From Verrucomicrobiota bacterium (lineage in GTDB: Bacteria; Verrucomicrobiota; Verrucomicrobiia; Limisphaerales; CANJSG01): DNA of 64,000 nt. The stretch lies in assembly GCA_038209745.1 (NCBI GenBank), contig JBBQXJ010000003.1, positions 32,001 through 96,000 on the forward strand, written 5' to 3'. The notes beneath the pieces are model-generated. The model was not told the DNA's origin. It saw only the letters and a list, made by a program, of their open reading frames with translations, and made no database searches. Positions within the stretch are counted from its first letter, which is position 1, and each line of letters starts with the position of its first letter. The translations under genes and the position numbers were made by a program. This document shows positions 29,247-40,224 of the stretch, piece by piece.

Positions 29247-30608
29247 ATGCTCCTGTTCAACGCCATGATGGTCGGTCTGAAGGAGATCTGGGCGAACCGG
29301 TTCCGCTCCATGCTCACCATGCTCGGCATCATTCTCGGCGTCAGCAGCCTGGTGGCCATGTCCGCCGTGGTGAAGGGCATGGAGAACGCCATGAAGGAGT
29401 CGCTCATCGCCATGGGCGGTCTCGACAAGGTGACCTCCGACGAGCAGGAGGTTCCGGTTGAACAGCAGCACCTCGCCGATCAAGCGGTGAAGCGCTCCAT
29501 CCGCGACGTCATGGCCCTCAAGAACACGGCGGGCATGCTCAAGCTGGTTTCGCCGGAGATGGAGCTGAATCGCGCCATCATCACCCGCGGCGAGAAGTCC
29601 GCCCGTCCCTCGGAACTCGTCGGAGTCTGGCCCGCCGTGCTGGACATGAACCTGCACACGCTGCAATACGGCCGCTTCTTCACCGACCTCGACGAGGAAC
29701 TCGCCAACCCGGTGATCGTCATCGGCACCGGCATCCGCGACGAGCTGTTCGGGTCTCCTGAAGACACCGGCAAGACGATCGTGCCCATCGGCGAGGTCGT
29801 CCAGGTCAACGACCAGTCCTTCACCATCGTGGGGATGTTCGAGCACTACGAGGGCGAGGAAGACCGGAAGATGCGCTTGGAGATGGAGCGTCGGGCCAAG
29901 GAGACCAAGGTGGCTGGCGCCGTGGAGCGGCGGCGTGGTTGGGGCAGCAAGCGCTGGAGCCCGTTTTACCGGAAGAACATGACCGCCTACATCCCGCTCA
30001 ACACGATGTGGCTGCGGTTCCGCTCCGCCAATGGTAACGACAGCGTGCCCGATCCTTCGCTGACCGCGCTGGACGTCAAGGTGCGCGACCTGACCCGGAT
30101 CGACGAATCTCTCCAACAGGCCAAAAACGTGATGATGATCACGCACAACGGCGTGGAGAACTTCAGCTTCAACACGCAGGAAGGGAACATCGAGGAGATC
30201 GACACCAACATCCGCAACGCCCGCCGCTCCGGTGGACTCATCGCCGGCATCGCGCTTCTGGTCGGTGGCATCGGCATCATGAACATCATGCTGGCGAGCA
30301 TCACCGAGCGCATCCGCGAGATCGGCATCCGCAAGGCGATCGGCGCCGGCACCGCCGCCATCTTCCTCCAGATCCTGGTGGAGAGCGTGGTCATCTCCGT
30401 GTTCGGCGGAGTCCTCGGGGTCTTCTGCTCCTACGGCTTTGTTGATCTTCTCAGTTGGCTCACTCCCAGCCAGACGACGCCGGAAGTGACGATCGGTTCA
30501 TTGATCATGGCCTTCTGCTTCAGTGTCGGGGTGGGCATCATCGCCGGGATCACGCCCGCCATCAAAGCCGCCCGGCTCCATCCCATCCAGGCGTTGCGGT
30601 TCGATTGA
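29247..30608 (+). CDS. ABC transporter permease (MacB/FtsX-like) 2
   Basis: Tandem paralog of the previous gene; GGIGIMNIMLASITERIREIGIRKAIGA, ALRFD. Confidence 0.94.
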   Translation: MLLFNAMMVGLKEIWANRFRSMLTMLGIILGVSSLVAMSAVVKGMENAMKESLIAMGGLDKVTSDEQEVPVEQQHLADQAVKRSIRDVMALKNTAGMLKLVSPEMELNRAIITRGEKSARPSELVGVWPAVLDMNLHTLQYGRFFTDLDEELANPVIVIGTGIRDELFGSPEDTGKTIVPIGEVVQVNDQSFTIVGMFEHYEGEEDRKMRLEMERRAKETKVAGAVERRRGWGSKRWSPFYRKNMTAYIPLNTMWLRFRSANGNDSVPDPSLTALDVKVRDLTRIDESLQQAKNVMMITHNGVENFSFNTQEGNIEEIDTNIRNARRSGGLIAGIALLVGGIGIMNIMLASITERIREIGIRKAIGAGTAAIFLQILVESVVISVFGGVLGVFCSYGFVDLLSWLTPSQTTPEVTIGSLIMAFCFSVGVGIIAGITPAIKAARLHPIQALRFD

Positions 30609-30719
30609 CGCGCTTCGGCGGAACGGGGCGTTCCCAATTTTCACCGCGGTAGGCAACCCGGGTCGGTGTCTTTGGCCGGCGACTCGTGCGGTCTTTTGTG
30701 ACTCAACCCCGGGTCCCAT

Positions 30720-31240
30720 GGAGCCGCCCCGCTTTTGTGCGTCCCGCTCGTTTCCTCTCCTCCCTCGCCGTCGTGGGCTTGATCGCCATGACTTCCTGCC
30801 GGGCCTCCGCGACTGCGGACGATCACGGCAAAGCCGTTGCCGCAGCGGCCGCCAAGGCGTGGGCTCGGATGTTTGAGATTCTCGCGCGAATCCTTCCGCC
30901 GACCTTTCCCGACCGTGATCGCGACATGACGAAGTTCGGGGCGGAGGGCGCCGACACGACCGATTGCACCAAGGCCCTTGCCGACGCCATCGCGGCCTGC
31001 CATCGAGTGGGAGGTTGGTGGTGCCACAGGCGTCTCCGATCCCAGGAAGTATCTGCCCGTCGTCTTAACGCGCATCGAGTGCAGGGAAGTGACGAACCGC
31101 TCGCCCCTGATCGACGCCTTCGAGCCGGAGAACGTCGCCAATGGCCCCTTCGAAGTTTCAGTCAAGAAACCCGGCGACGTGGTCACGAACGCCGCCCGCA
31201 TCCGCCTGTTCGGCAACACCGGTTTCAACGCCGGACAGTG
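30720..31240 (+). pseudogene. Glycoside hydrolase family 28 remnant (frameshifted, internally deleted)
   Basis: ILPPTFPDRD...FGA.G..TTDCTKALADAIAACH..GG in one frame; SDPRKYLPVVLTR.E..E..NRSPLI.AFE.ENVA in another; no catalytic core seen. Confidence 0.72.
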
Positions 31241-31489
31241 GATTCCGCAGAGACATCTTTCGTTGTTCAAGCTCGGGAGCCGCTCGCCAAACGTCGGTGG
31301 TGGGACTCGATCGGCATTTCGATTTCATCATGGGGCTTTTCTTCGGGTTTCCTGTTGCCTCAAGCGTGGGTCGATGGTCGGCTTTGGTCGTTCCAGGAGG
31401 AGACCGCGTCAACCGCTCGCAACAGATCGGGAGGACGGGGGACTCTCGGTCGGTCGTTCACACCCGGCTCTCCCTTGGACGTTGTAACA

Positions 31490-31876
31490 ATGAATCGTTT
31501 ATCGAGGCAGGAGCACGGCAATCGCACCGTCTTTGGGGTTTTCAGCGCCATGGCGTTTGCCATCGCCGGGGCGATCTTGAACTTCGGCGGCCATGGACCG
31601 TTCAAGGCCTCGGAATGGACGATGGTCTTCGTGCCCGTTCTGCCGTTGCTGGCCTTTGGCTGCTCCCATCTGGCGCGGTATCGCGGCTATTCCAGCGGCG
31701 TCTCCTATGGCTTGATCTTCCTGGTGATCGCGGGTGCGGCGTTGGCCACCCCGATCTTGTCGGCCTCCACCTTCGGAGTCGTCGTCATTGCCGCTTCGGC
31801 TGTTCCGCCGTTGATCCTCATGACGCTCAACGTCCGTCCCGGCAATTTCCGCAGCGGCCGGGAAAACAAGAAGTAG
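31490..31876 (+). CDS. Small hypothetical membrane protein (about 4 TM)
   Basis: MNRLSRQEH start; hydrophobic segments; GC..LA..RGYS. Confidence 0.55.
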   Translation: MNRLSRQEHGNRTVFGVFSAMAFAIAGAILNFGGHGPFKASEWTMVFVPVLPLLAFGCSHLARYRGYSSGVSYGLIFLVIAGAALATPILSASTFGVVVIAASAVPPLILMTLNVRPGNFRSGRENKK

Positions 31877-32099
31877 GTTTTCCTTTCCATTTCCAGCTGA
31901 TCGCAATTCGTTGTTCGGCGTTGATTCAGAATCGTCCCCCACGCCGCGCCACCCGCCTGCTTTGGGGTGCTGAAATTCATAGGTGACCTTGGACAGGATC
32001 TCGCGACTGCGACCATCCGCATGTCCAAAGCGCCAGCGTTGCTCGACCTCTTCAGCACCCAGTCGATTCAGATCTCCCTTCCGCTGTTCGCCGCGAAGC

Positions 32100-32550
32100 T
32101 GTCGAAAATCGATCCAATGGCGGTTTCCTGATCGGCGGCTCAAGCCCGGTCAACGCCAGATCGGCTTTGCTTCGGGCAAGGATCGGCGCGATCCGCGCAA
32201 AGCCGCTCCAGACCGATTTCAAGCTGAACAACCGGGGTGAATCCCTGGCGCTCGCCCAGTCGGACGGGTGGACCGTCGCCCAGGGATCTATGCCAAAGCA
32301 TCCTCCACAGCACGGTGCGGTGAACTTCGGTCTCGGTGATGGATTTCGAACGGCACCGGGCAGCACCGGGATCCGCGCCGGATCCTCCACGGTCTTTGCA
32401 CACCCGGCGCGCGGCCTCTCCGCGCATTCGGTGGAAAGCGGCCGCGAATGGGAGCGCCCGGGCTCAGTGGAGCTGATCTTTCCCGGCGGCCGGCGCGGCT
32501 TCCAGGTCGACTGCGGACTCCCGGTCCAGGCCGGACCGGCAGAATCCGCA
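32100..32550 (+). pseudogene. Remnant of a lamin-tail-domain / CotH-kinase family secreted protein
   Basis: WRFPD..LKPG....GFASGKDR, then after a frameshift PLQTDFKLNNRGESLAL (LTD-like), then GREWERPGSVELIFP....GFQVDCG (CotH-like). Confidence 0.65.
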
Positions 32551-32590
32551 GCGGCGTGGGTGTCTTCGATCCCTGTCTCTTCGCGCCGCG

Positions 32591-35251
32591 CTAAGCGACC
32601 GGCCCGATGCGGTTCAGCTTCAAGACCGGTTCTCCCGCCGTGCGCGATTCCGCAAGATCGACCGCGAACTCCGCCAGCCAGTCGTTGTGGCCTTCGGAAT
32701 CCACCAGCACCTGCTGCGCGCGCCAGGTTTTGTTGTCGTCGGACGGGATCACATAAGTGTGCCGGGCGTTGCGGGCTTCCGGGTCGAGACGGAAGCGGCC
32801 GTGGTCGGCCATGTAGGCTTCCATCGCGACCTTCAGACGGGGAGCGGAAGCAAGAGCGGGCGCGGCCGGGTCGGCCGGCACTTCGTCGGCGCGCCATTCG
32901 ATGAAGTCGCTCGCCGCCTCATAGTCTTCGTTCGAGAGCGCGCGGAGCAGGCTGAAGATCTTCGTGCGCAGGAGCACGGTGAAGGCTTTTGGATCCCGCG
33001 TGATGTCCTTGTCCGCTTCTTCAGCGCCGGGCGGACGCACCTCGGGCTTGGCTGCGGCGGGCTGGAACGACGGGTTCCGCATCCGTTCCCATTCGTCCTC
33101 CAGGCTGGAATCGATCTGCCGGATCATCGTCTCCAGATACGTCTCCATCTCGCGGACGGTGTCGTTCTTCGCGGCGTCCGGCACGTTTTGGACGAGGATC
33201 TTGTGGGCGCGGGAAATGTGCCGCAGCAAGAGGCCTTCGGAACGGTGCAGTTCGTAGATCTTGATGTAGTCGGCGAAGCTGCGGAACTGCTCGAACATCT
33301 CCCGCACGATCGATTTTGGCCGGATGTTTTCCTGGCCGACCCAGGGATGTTTGTCGGCGAAGGCGTTGAAAGTCTCGTAGATGAATTCGCGCCGGGGCTT
33401 GGGGTATTCGAGCTTTTCGAGCTCTTCCATCCGCTGGTCGTATTCCATGCCCTGGGCCTTGAGCTCGCCGATCTTCTCGCCCTTCACCTTGTCGAGTTGG
33501 CGGCGGAGGATCGCCTCCGGATTCTCCATGATCGACTCGACCAAGGTGATCAGATCCAGCGCGTAGTCGGGCGCTTCGGGATCGAGCAGGGGAAGGGTGT
33601 CCAGCAGGTAGAGCGACAGAGCCTGGTCCATCGAGAAGTCGTCCTGCAGCTCGACGTTGACCCGAAGCTTAGTGGCACCGGCGCCCCCGCCTGCCGTTCC
33701 TGTTTCGGGAGGCAAAACACTGCGGGCGGGGGCGCCCGCAGCACTGGCCACAGGCGAGGGTGCCTGTGCCACTGCCACGATCTCCACGATCTTCCGGTCC
33801 ACCAGGGATCGGAACAGCTGCCACGCCCGGTCGCGATGGCCTTTCTTTTGTCGCTCGGAATCGTGGGAGCGCCGGATCAGGTCGCGCATCGCGGCGCAAC
33901 CGTCGCCGTCCCGGCTGAGGACGTTCAGCAGCATGCCGTGCGTCACTTGGAACCGTGAAACCAGCCGCTCCGGCAGGGCGGTGATCAGTCGTTCGAACGT
34001 CTTCTGGTCCCAGGCGACGAAGTTCTTGTCCGGCGCCTGGCGCTTCACGACCTTTTTGCCCGAGCTCTTCGACTTCTCGTCCAGCTTCCGGTTCTCGATG
34101 ACGTGTTCCGGCGCCTGCGCCACGACCCAGCCGACATCGTCGAATCCCTTGCGGCCCGCGCGACCCGAGATCTGGTGGAAATCCCGCGCGCTGAGGATCG
34201 CAACCTTCTCGCCGCTGTATTTGCAGAGCCGGGTGAAGAGCACGGTGCGGATCGGCACGTTGACGCCGACGCCGAGGGTGTCCGTGCCGCAGATGATCTT
34301 GAGCAGGCCGCGTTGTGCGAGCTGCTCGACGAGGATGCGATACTTCGGCAGCAGACCGGCGTGGTGCAGACCGATGCCGTGTTTGAGCCACTTCTTGATC
34401 TCGGGACCGTAGGGGCTGGTGAACTTGAAGTCGTAGAGCGCCTCGGCGATGGCGGCCTTCTCCTCCTTGGTCGCCACGTTGATGCTCGTGAAATCCTGCG
34501 CGCTCTGGGCGGCGTCGAGCTGGGTGAAATGGACGACGTAGACGGGCGCCTTCCCGGCCGCCGCCAGCCGCTCGACCGTGCCGGCCAATGGGTGCTCGGA
34601 ATACTCGAACTCCAGCGGCACGGGCCGGTCCTTCGAGGAAACGATCGTGCTGGTGCGGCCGGTGATCCGGGTCAGTTCGTCGGCGAAGAACTGCGTCTCG
34701 CCCAGCGTGGCCGACATCAGGAGGAACCGTGTCTGCGGCAAGGTCAGCAGCGGCGCCTGCCAGGCCACGCCGCGTTCCTTGTCCGAGTAGAAGTGGAACT
34801 CGTCCATGACCACATCATGGACCCGGGCCTTGGGACCATCGCGCAGGGCGATGTTCGCCAGCACTTCGGCGGTGCAACAGAGGATCGGCGCCCCTTGGTT
34901 CACGGTGGCGTCGCCGGTCGACAGGCCCACGTTGTCGGGTCCGAATTCGCGGCAGAGCGCCAGCCACTTCTCGTTGACGAGCGCCTTGATCGGGCAGGTG
35001 TAGACGGAGCGGCGCCCGTTCGAGATCGAGGCGAAGTGCATCGCGGACGCGACGAGCGACTTCCCCGATCCGGTGGGGGTGTTGAGGATGACGTTGTGGT
35101 CCTCGAACAGTTCCAGGATCGCCTCCTCCTGCGCCGGGTAGAGGCTGAGGCTGCGGGCTTCGGTGTATTCCAGGAACTTGCCGAGCAGCTCGTCGCTGGT
35201 CGGTTTGGCGCCCTTGGGGATGAGGTCGTGGAGGGTTACGGACACGATCAA
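32591..35251 (-). CDS. DEAD/DEAH-box (Ski2-like) helicase with DUF3516 C-terminus
   Basis: [50 protein letters not shown]. Confidence 0.93.
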   Translation of the reverse strand: MIVSVTLHDLIPKGAKPTSDELLGKFLEYTEARSLSLYPAQEEAILELFEDHNVILNTPTGSGKSLVASAMHFASISNGRRSVYTCPIKALVNEKWLALCREFGPDNVGLSTGDATVNQGAPILCCTAEVLANIALRDGPKARVHDVVMDEFHFYSDKERGVAWQAPLLTLPQTRFLLMSATLGETQFFADELTRITGRTSTIVSSKDRPVPLEFEYSEHPLAGTVERLAAAGKAPVYVVHFTQLDAAQSAQDFTSINVATKEEKAAIAEALYDFKFTSPYGPEIKKWLKHGIGLHHAGLLPKYRILVEQLAQRGLLKIICGTDTLGVGVNVPIRTVLFTRLCKYSGEKVAILSARDFHQISGRAGRKGFDDVGWVVAQAPEHVIENRKLDEKSKSSGKKVVKRQAPDKNFVAWDQKTFERLITALPERLVSRFQVTHGMLLNVLSRDGDGCAAMRDLIRRSHDSERQKKGHRDRAWQLFRSLVDRKIVEIVAVAQAPSPVASAAGAPARSVLPPETGTAGGGAGATKLRVNVELQDDFSMDQALSLYLLDTLPLLDPEAPDYALDLITLVESIMENPEAILRRQLDKVKGEKIGELKAQGMEYDQRMEELEKLEYPKPRREFIYETFNAFADKHPWVGQENIRPKSIVREMFEQFRSFADYIKIYELHRSEGLLLRHISRAHKILVQNVPDAAKNDTVREMETYLETMIRQIDSSLEDEWERMRNPSFQPAAAKPEVRPPGAEEADKDITRDPKAFTVLLRTKIFSLLRALSNEDYEAASDFIEWRADEVPADPAAPALASAPRLKVAMEAYMADHGRFRLDPEARNARHTYVIPSDDNKTWRAQQVLVDSEGHNDWLAEFAVDLAESRTAGEPVLKLNRIGPVA
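33671..33773. repeat. Three REP-like palindromic units inside the helicase reading frame
   Basis: AGTGGCACCGGCGCCCCCGCCTGC and two inverted relatives; reverse complements AGTGCTGCGGGCGCCCCCGCCCGC and AGTGGCACAGGCACCCTCGCCTGT. Confidence 0.7.
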
Positions 35252-35262
35252 TTGGGTTCCTG

Positions 35263-36246
35263 TCAGTCGTGGACGAAAATGATGCGGCTGCCGGCGGGCT
35301 CGAAGCGGAAGTTCACCGGGCGAAGGTCCTGCAGCGCTTTGGCCACGGCTTCGTGCCGGCTCTCCGGCGCGTAGAACATGAGGAAACCGCCGCTGCCCGC
35401 GCCCAGGAGCTTGCCGCCGATCGCGCCGGCTTTGCGGGCCTTCGCATACCAGGCATCGATCCGGCGGTTGCTGATCTGGCCGGTCATGCTGCGCTTCAGC
35501 TCCCAGTTTTCGTGGATGATCTCGCCGAGGGCGTCGAGGTTGTTCTGTTCCAGCTCGGACTTGAGCGTGCCGGCCAGCTCGACCATCCGGAGCATCGTCG
35601 CCTGCTTCTTCTTCTGCGACGCCATGGCGGTCTGTTGGCTCTTGAGCACGGAGGAGGCGCTGCGGGTCAGTCCGGTGTAGAAGACGAGGATCTTGTCCTG
35701 AAGCCGGGTGATCGTCTCGCGCCGGCAGATGATGGGCTCGACGCTGACCGTGTCGTCGGGGTTGAACCGGATGAAATTGAAGCCGCCGTAGGCCGCCGCG
35801 TATTGGTCCTGCTTGCCGATGGGTTCGCCGCAGCGGTCGATCTCGATCTCGCAGGACTCGCGGCCCAGACGCTCGGCCGAGGCGAATTGTCCGCGATAGG
35901 CGTGCAGCGCGTGGAGCAGTCCCACGGTGAAGGCGCTGGAAGAGCCGAGTCCCGTGCCGCGCGCCGGGATGTCGGCCACGGAGGTGATCTCCACCCCGCC
36001 GGCAAGCCCCACCGTCTTCATCGCCTCACGGACGAGGGGATGTTTGATCCGATCGACGGACTTGGCCTCCTCGGTGCGCGAGTAGCTCACGCGGATGCGG
36101 TCGTCGAACTTCTTGTTCACCTGGAGGTAGACGTAGCGGTCGATGGCGGTGGACACGACGGCGCCGCCGAACTTCCGGTAGAAGACCGGTAGATCGCTCC
36201 CGCCCCCGACAAAGCTCATGCGCAATGGTGTCCGGCTGATGATCAT
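35263..36246 (-). CDS. GHMP kinase, HddA-like heptose-7-phosphate kinase
   Basis: [43 protein letters not shown]. Confidence 0.9.
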   Translation of the reverse strand: MIISRTPLRMSFVGGGSDLPVFYRKFGGAVVSTAIDRYVYLQVNKKFDDRIRVSYSRTEEAKSVDRIKHPLVREAMKTVGLAGGVEITSVADIPARGTGLGSSSAFTVGLLHALHAYRGQFASAERLGRESCEIEIDRCGEPIGKQDQYAAAYGGFNFIRFNPDDTVSVEPIICRRETITRLQDKILVFYTGLTRSASSVLKSQQTAMASQKKKQATMLRMVELAGTLKSELEQNNLDALGEIIHENWELKRSMTGQISNRRIDAWYAKARKAGAIGGKLLGAGSGGFLMFYAPESRHEAVAKALQDLRPVNFRFEPAGSRIIFVHD

Positions 36247-36427
36247 GACGGGCGGAGACTGCGTCGCCGTCGCGCAAAGGGGAATGCGGAAACAACGACG
36301 ACGCGCTCGATGGGGGGGCGTGCTTGGATTCCAGCCCCCTCCATCCGCCCTGGATCGGCGGCCCCGGCGTTGGGTCCGCTCCGCCTTTTACCTTGGTCCA
36401 AATGGCTGTTTCCGGTAGCTCAGAGGC

Positions 36428-37381
36428 GTGAATTTCCTGGTCACCGGCGGGGCGGGCTTCATCGGCTCCCATGTGTGTGAACGCCTTCTCGATGAAGGCC
36501 ACACGGTCCACGCCCTGGACGACATCAACCCCTACTATGATTCCTCGTTCAAGGAGCGGAATCTTGTGGAGCTCCGGTCCATCGGCGGAGATCGGTTCGA
36601 GCTCCATCGGGGCGACATTGCCGAGACGGCCGTGGTGGAAGCCGCGATGGATGCGGCGAAGTTCGACCAGATCATCCATCTGGCGGCGAGAGCGGGCGTC
36701 CGTCCGAGCTTGGAAGAGCCTTTGCTCTATCAACAGGTGAACGTCGGCGGCACGACGAACATCCTGGAGGCCGCGCGGAAACGCGCCATCCGCAAGGTCA
36801 CCATCGCCAGCAGCAGCTCGGTCTACGGATTGAACGCCAAGGTGCCCTTCAGCGAGTCGGACTCGGTGGTGACGCCGATCTCGCCCTACGCCGCGAGCAA
36901 GTTGGCCTGCGAGTCCCTGGGCCACGTCTATCACCACATCTACGGCATGGACGTGGCCATGCTGCGCTTCTTCACCGTCTATGGGCCGCGGCAACGACCC
37001 GATCTGGCGATCTACAAGTTCGCCAAGCTGATCATGGCGGGAAAGCCGATCCCGGTCTTCGGCGACGGCACCTCGGCGCGGGACTACACGTTTGTCTCGG
37101 ACACGGTGGACGGCATCGTGGCCTGCACGAAACAGCAGTTCGGCTACGAGATCTTCAATCTGGGCGAAAGCGACACCGTTACTCTGTCACGCATGATCGG
37201 GCTGCTGGAATCCGCGCTCGGCAAGGCGGCGATCATCGACCGCCAGCCCATGCAGCCGGGCGACGTTCCGTTGACCTTCGCCGACATTTCCAAGGCGCGT
37301 GCTCGGCTGGGCTACGATCCCAGGATCAAGGCCGAGGAAGGCATTCCGCTTTTCGTGGAATGGTTCCTCAAACAACCCTGA
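36428..37381 (+). CDS. NAD-dependent sugar epimerase (UDP-glucuronate 4-epimerase-like)
   Basis: TGGAGFIG, HLAARAGVR.S, YAASK, RFFTVYGPRQRPD, QPGDV. Confidence 0.92.
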   Translation: MNFLVTGGAGFIGSHVCERLLDEGHTVHALDDINPYYDSSFKERNLVELRSIGGDRFELHRGDIAETAVVEAAMDAAKFDQIIHLAARAGVRPSLEEPLLYQQVNVGGTTNILEAARKRAIRKVTIASSSSVYGLNAKVPFSESDSVVTPISPYAASKLACESLGHVYHHIYGMDVAMLRFFTVYGPRQRPDLAIYKFAKLIMAGKPIPVFGDGTSARDYTFVSDTVDGIVACTKQQFGYEIFNLGESDTVTLSRMIGLLESALGKAAIIDRQPMQPGDVPLTFADISKARARLGYDPRIKAEEGIPLFVEWFLKQP

Positions 37382-37509
37382 ACGCCCGGTCGCAAGCGGG
37401 TTCGGGCTGCCCTTCCCCCACCGGATGCCACGCCGCTGAGCTCCACACGGAAGACCGGCGGATTGTGGCTGCGGGTCGTCGCGTTGGCCGGCGGAGTTGG
37501 CCGAAGAAT

Positions 37510-38271
37510 CTACAAGCCGCTGGGGTGATCGAGGAATTGCCAGGGCACCTTGAACTTCTTCGAGAGCTCCGCCGAAAGCGCCTTCACGCCGAACGTTTCC
37601 GTGGCGTAGTGGCCGCCGTGGAGGACGTTCAATCCGAGCTCCTCGGCCAGCGGAAAGCTCCAGTGAGGCCCTTCGCCGGTGATGAAGGTGTCCACTTCCT
37701 CGCGGGCCACCTGAACCAGCTCCGCTCCGGCTCCTCCGCTGCAGATGCCCAGGCTGCGGACTTGTTCGCCGCCGCCGGGCAACAGTTTCACGGGCCCTTC
37801 GAGAAGCGTCTCCAATTGTTGAACGAGGACGGAACGGGTGGTGTTCACCTTGGCCTTCCAGCCCAGGAACTGCCCTTTGGATGAAAGGAATGGTTTTGGA
37901 GCACGAAGGCCGAGACCCGCGGCGAGGCACGCGTTGTTGCCGAGCTTGGGGTGGAGATCTAGGGGCAGATGGGAGCTGTAGACCGAAAGGTTGTGGTCCA
38001 GGAGCAGTCGGAGCAACTCGTAGCGTTTGCCGGTCCACGGCACGGTCGGTGACCAGAAGAGTCCGTGATGGACGACGAGGAGGTCGGCCTTGGCTTCGAT
38101 CGCCATTCGGACCGTGGCCAAAGAGGCGTCCACGGCGGCGGCGATCCTCGTTACGCGCCCGCTGTTCTCGACCTGCAAGCCGTTCTTGGCGCCGTCATAG
38201 TCGATGATTTCGTCGGTGCGGAGAGTCCGGTCGCAGTAGGCGACGATCTTGGCGAGCGGGTTGGCGGTCAT
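37510..38271 (-). CDS. NIF3-like dinuclear metal-centre protein (YbgI family)
   Basis: NGLQVE, LVVHHGLFW, HLPLD.H, GHYATETFGV. Confidence 0.93.
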   Translation of the reverse strand: MTANPLAKIVAYCDRTLRTDEIIDYDGAKNGLQVENSGRVTRIAAAVDASLATVRMAIEAKADLLVVHHGLFWSPTVPWTGKRYELLRLLLDHNLSVYSSHLPLDLHPKLGNNACLAAGLGLRAPKPFLSSKGQFLGWKAKVNTTRSVLVQQLETLLEGPVKLLPGGGEQVRSLGICSGGAGAELVQVAREEVDTFITGEGPHWSFPLAEELGLNVLHGGHYATETFGVKALSAELSKKFKVPWQFLDHPSGL

Positions 38272-38275
38272 CGGA

Positions 38276-38962
38276 TCAGTAGGAACCGGGTCCGGCAGAA
38301 AGTCCCTCCACGATGGCGATGCCGGCAGAAGTGCCCAACCGGGTCGCGCCCGCCTCGATCATGGCCAGGGCGGTCGCGGTGTCGCGGATGCCGCCGGAAG
38401 CTTTCACGCCGAACTTCTCGCCGACGTGTTCTCTGAGGAGCTTCACGTCGTCGAGGGTTGCGCCTCCGCTGCTGGATCCAGTCGAGGTCTTGATGAAGCG
38501 GGCCCCGGATTCCACCACCAGCCGGCAGGCCCGGATCTTCTCCTCTTCGGTGAGCAGGCAGGTCTCGATGATCACCTTCACGGGCCGTTCGTCGGCGGCT
38601 TCGACGACGTCGCGCAGCTCGCGCAGAACGTAGTGGTCGTCGCCCTCTTTCAGTTTGGCGATGTTCAGGACCACATCGATCTCTTCGGCGCCGTGGTCGA
38701 TGGCGACCTCGGTTTCGTAGCGTTTGACGTCTGGATCCATGGCGCCGAGGGGGAAGCCAACGACGGCAGCAACCTTCACCTCGCTGCCCTCGACCAATGA
38801 CACGGCCAGTTCGACCTGGGAGCCGTTGACACACACGCTGTAGAAGCCGTGCTCGATTGCTTCCCGGCACAGCTTCTCGATGTCCGCGCGCTGGGCGTCG
38901 GGTCTCAGGAGCGTGTGATCAATGTGGCGGGCCAGCGCGATGGGGTCCGGAAGGTTCGACAT
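38276..38962 (-). CDS. deoC: Deoxyribose-phosphate aldolase
   Basis: IDHTLL, VGFPLG, EIDVV, KVIIET, FIKTSTG, VKASGGIR, RLGTS. Confidence 0.96.
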   Translation of the reverse strand: MSNLPDPIALARHIDHTLLRPDAQRADIEKLCREAIEHGFYSVCVNGSQVELAVSLVEGSEVKVAAVVGFPLGAMDPDVKRYETEVAIDHGAEEIDVVLNIAKLKEGDDHYVLRELRDVVEAADERPVKVIIETCLLTEEEKIRACRLVVESGARFIKTSTGSSSGGATLDDVKLLREHVGEKFGVKASGGIRDTATALAMIEAGATRLGTSAGIAIVEGLSAGPGSY

Positions 38963-39069
38963 GGGCCTGTGTTTACGGGCTGTCGGCGGCGGAGGGGAGA
39001 AAATTTCTATTGCCGCGCGGGTGTCAGCCGGTATTTTGCCCAGCTCTTAGTCAACCAAAGGTTACTTTC

Positions 39070-39315
39070 TTGAACAGCGAATACGTCAAGCAGGCACTGG
39101 TGAAGGTTGGAAACCCCAACGTTCTGATCAACCTCATCTCACGCCGCGTCCGGCAACTCAACAACGGCGGGGGAGGATCCAACCGTCCCCTGATCGCCGA
39201 CACGGCCACTCTGGGCGCGGCGGATATCGCCCTGCTGGAGATCATCGAGGGCAAGATGGGCTGGCACGTCGAGGGTATCCCCGAGGTCAACCCCTCTCCC
39301 GTAGTAGCGAGCTAG
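39070..39315 (+). CDS. rpoZ: RNA polymerase omega subunit (short form)
   Basis: TTG start; AL.KV.NPNVLINLISRRVRQL...ADIAL.EI.EGK. Confidence 0.8.
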   Translation: MNSEYVKQALVKVGNPNVLINLISRRVRQLNNGGGGSNRPLIADTATLGAADIALLEIIEGKMGWHVEGIPEVNPSPVVAS

Positions 39316-39385
39316 GATCGATCGCGGGAGCGAACTGGATTTTATTCGAGCCGCAGGTGCGAGCCTGCGGCTTTTCCGTATCCAT

Positions 39386-39841
39386 ATGGCCGACATCGTC
39401 ACCAATTCCAAGGCCCGGCGGGACTATCACATCCTGTCCACCTACGAGTGCGGGATCGTTTTGCGCGGCACCGAAGTAAAGGCGCTCCGGGCCGGCAAGG
39501 CGCAGATCGCGGACGCCTTCGCGCGGGTGGAAAACGGAGAGGTTTGGCTGCACAACGCCCACATCGACGAATACTCCCACGGGAACCTCGAGAACCATGT
39601 CCCCAAAGCCCCTCGGAAGCTGCTGTTGAACCGGTCCGAGATTCGCAAGCTGTCCGAGCAATCCGCCGTGAAAGGCCGAGCACTGGTCGCGCTGTCGTTC
39701 CATTGGAAACAATGCCTGGTCAAGGTGCTCCTGGCGGTGGGGGAAGGAAAAGCGGAGTTCGACAAACGGCAGGACCTGAAGAAGCGCGAAGATGAACGCG
39801 AAATGAAGCGCGCGATCATGCATCGACTGAAACGAGGCTGA
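39386..39841 (+). CDS. smpB: SsrA-binding protein
   Basis: N.KARRDY, GIVL.GTEVKALR, RKLLL, DKR. Confidence 0.96.
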   Translation: MADIVTNSKARRDYHILSTYECGIVLRGTEVKALRAGKAQIADAFARVENGEVWLHNAHIDEYSHGNLENHVPKAPRKLLLNRSEIRKLSEQSAVKGRALVALSFHWKQCLVKVLLAVGEGKAEFDKRQDLKKREDEREMKRAIMHRLKRG

Positions 39842-39904
39842 CGACGGCGATCCACGGAATTGAAGGCGTCCCTAGTGGTTTTTCGCCGTCGGAACTGAAC
39901 AGAG

Positions 39905-39935
39905 AAAAAGGGCGCCCTCTTTCAAGAGACGCCCC
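39905..39935 (-). terminator. Intrinsic terminator after rpmB
   Basis: Minus strand GGGGCGTCTCT-TGAA-AGAGGGCGCCC-TTTTT. Confidence 0.65.
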
Positions 39936-39957
39936 ACACACGGTTCCAAAAAATAAT

Positions 39958-40224
39958 CTACTTGGCGGCGGATTCGGGCTTCTTCCAAGTGCGCTTGGGA
40001 GCCTTGGTCACGAGGCCCTTCTTGATGGCCTTGGCGGTGACCCGGATGTAGCGGACCTCGCCGTTGATCAGCGCTTTGACCCGTTGAAGGTTCGGGAAGA
40101 ACCGGCGCTTCGTGATCGCAGTCACGTGCATGCCGATGCCGCCTTCCTTCTTGGCCTTACCACTGCGCCAAATCTTGGTGCCCTGGATCGGGCGCTTTCC
40201 TGTCAGTTCACAAATGCGAGCCAT
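39958..40224 (-). CDS. rpmB: 50S ribosomal protein L28
   Basis: MARICELTGKRP...GKAKKEGGIG...TKRRFFPNLQ. Confidence 0.95.
   Translation of the reverse strand: MARICELTGKRPIQGTKIWRSGKAKKEGGIGMHVTAITKRRFFPNLQRVKALINGEVRYIRVTAKAIKKGLVTKAPKRTWKKPESAAK

Noticed and set aside
30686..31876. 396-aa ORF as one real protein
   Set aside because: A chance read-through joining the GH28 relic, non-protein-like sequence and a separate small membrane gene starting at 31490.
32591..35251. Helicase as part of an anti-phage defence system
   Set aside because: DUF3516 Ski2-like helicase among housekeeping genes, with no nuclease, methylase or other defence partner nearby.
39842..39957. Possible tmRNA next to smpB
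   Set aside because: Too short and lacks tRNA-like ends; it contains the rpmB terminator.
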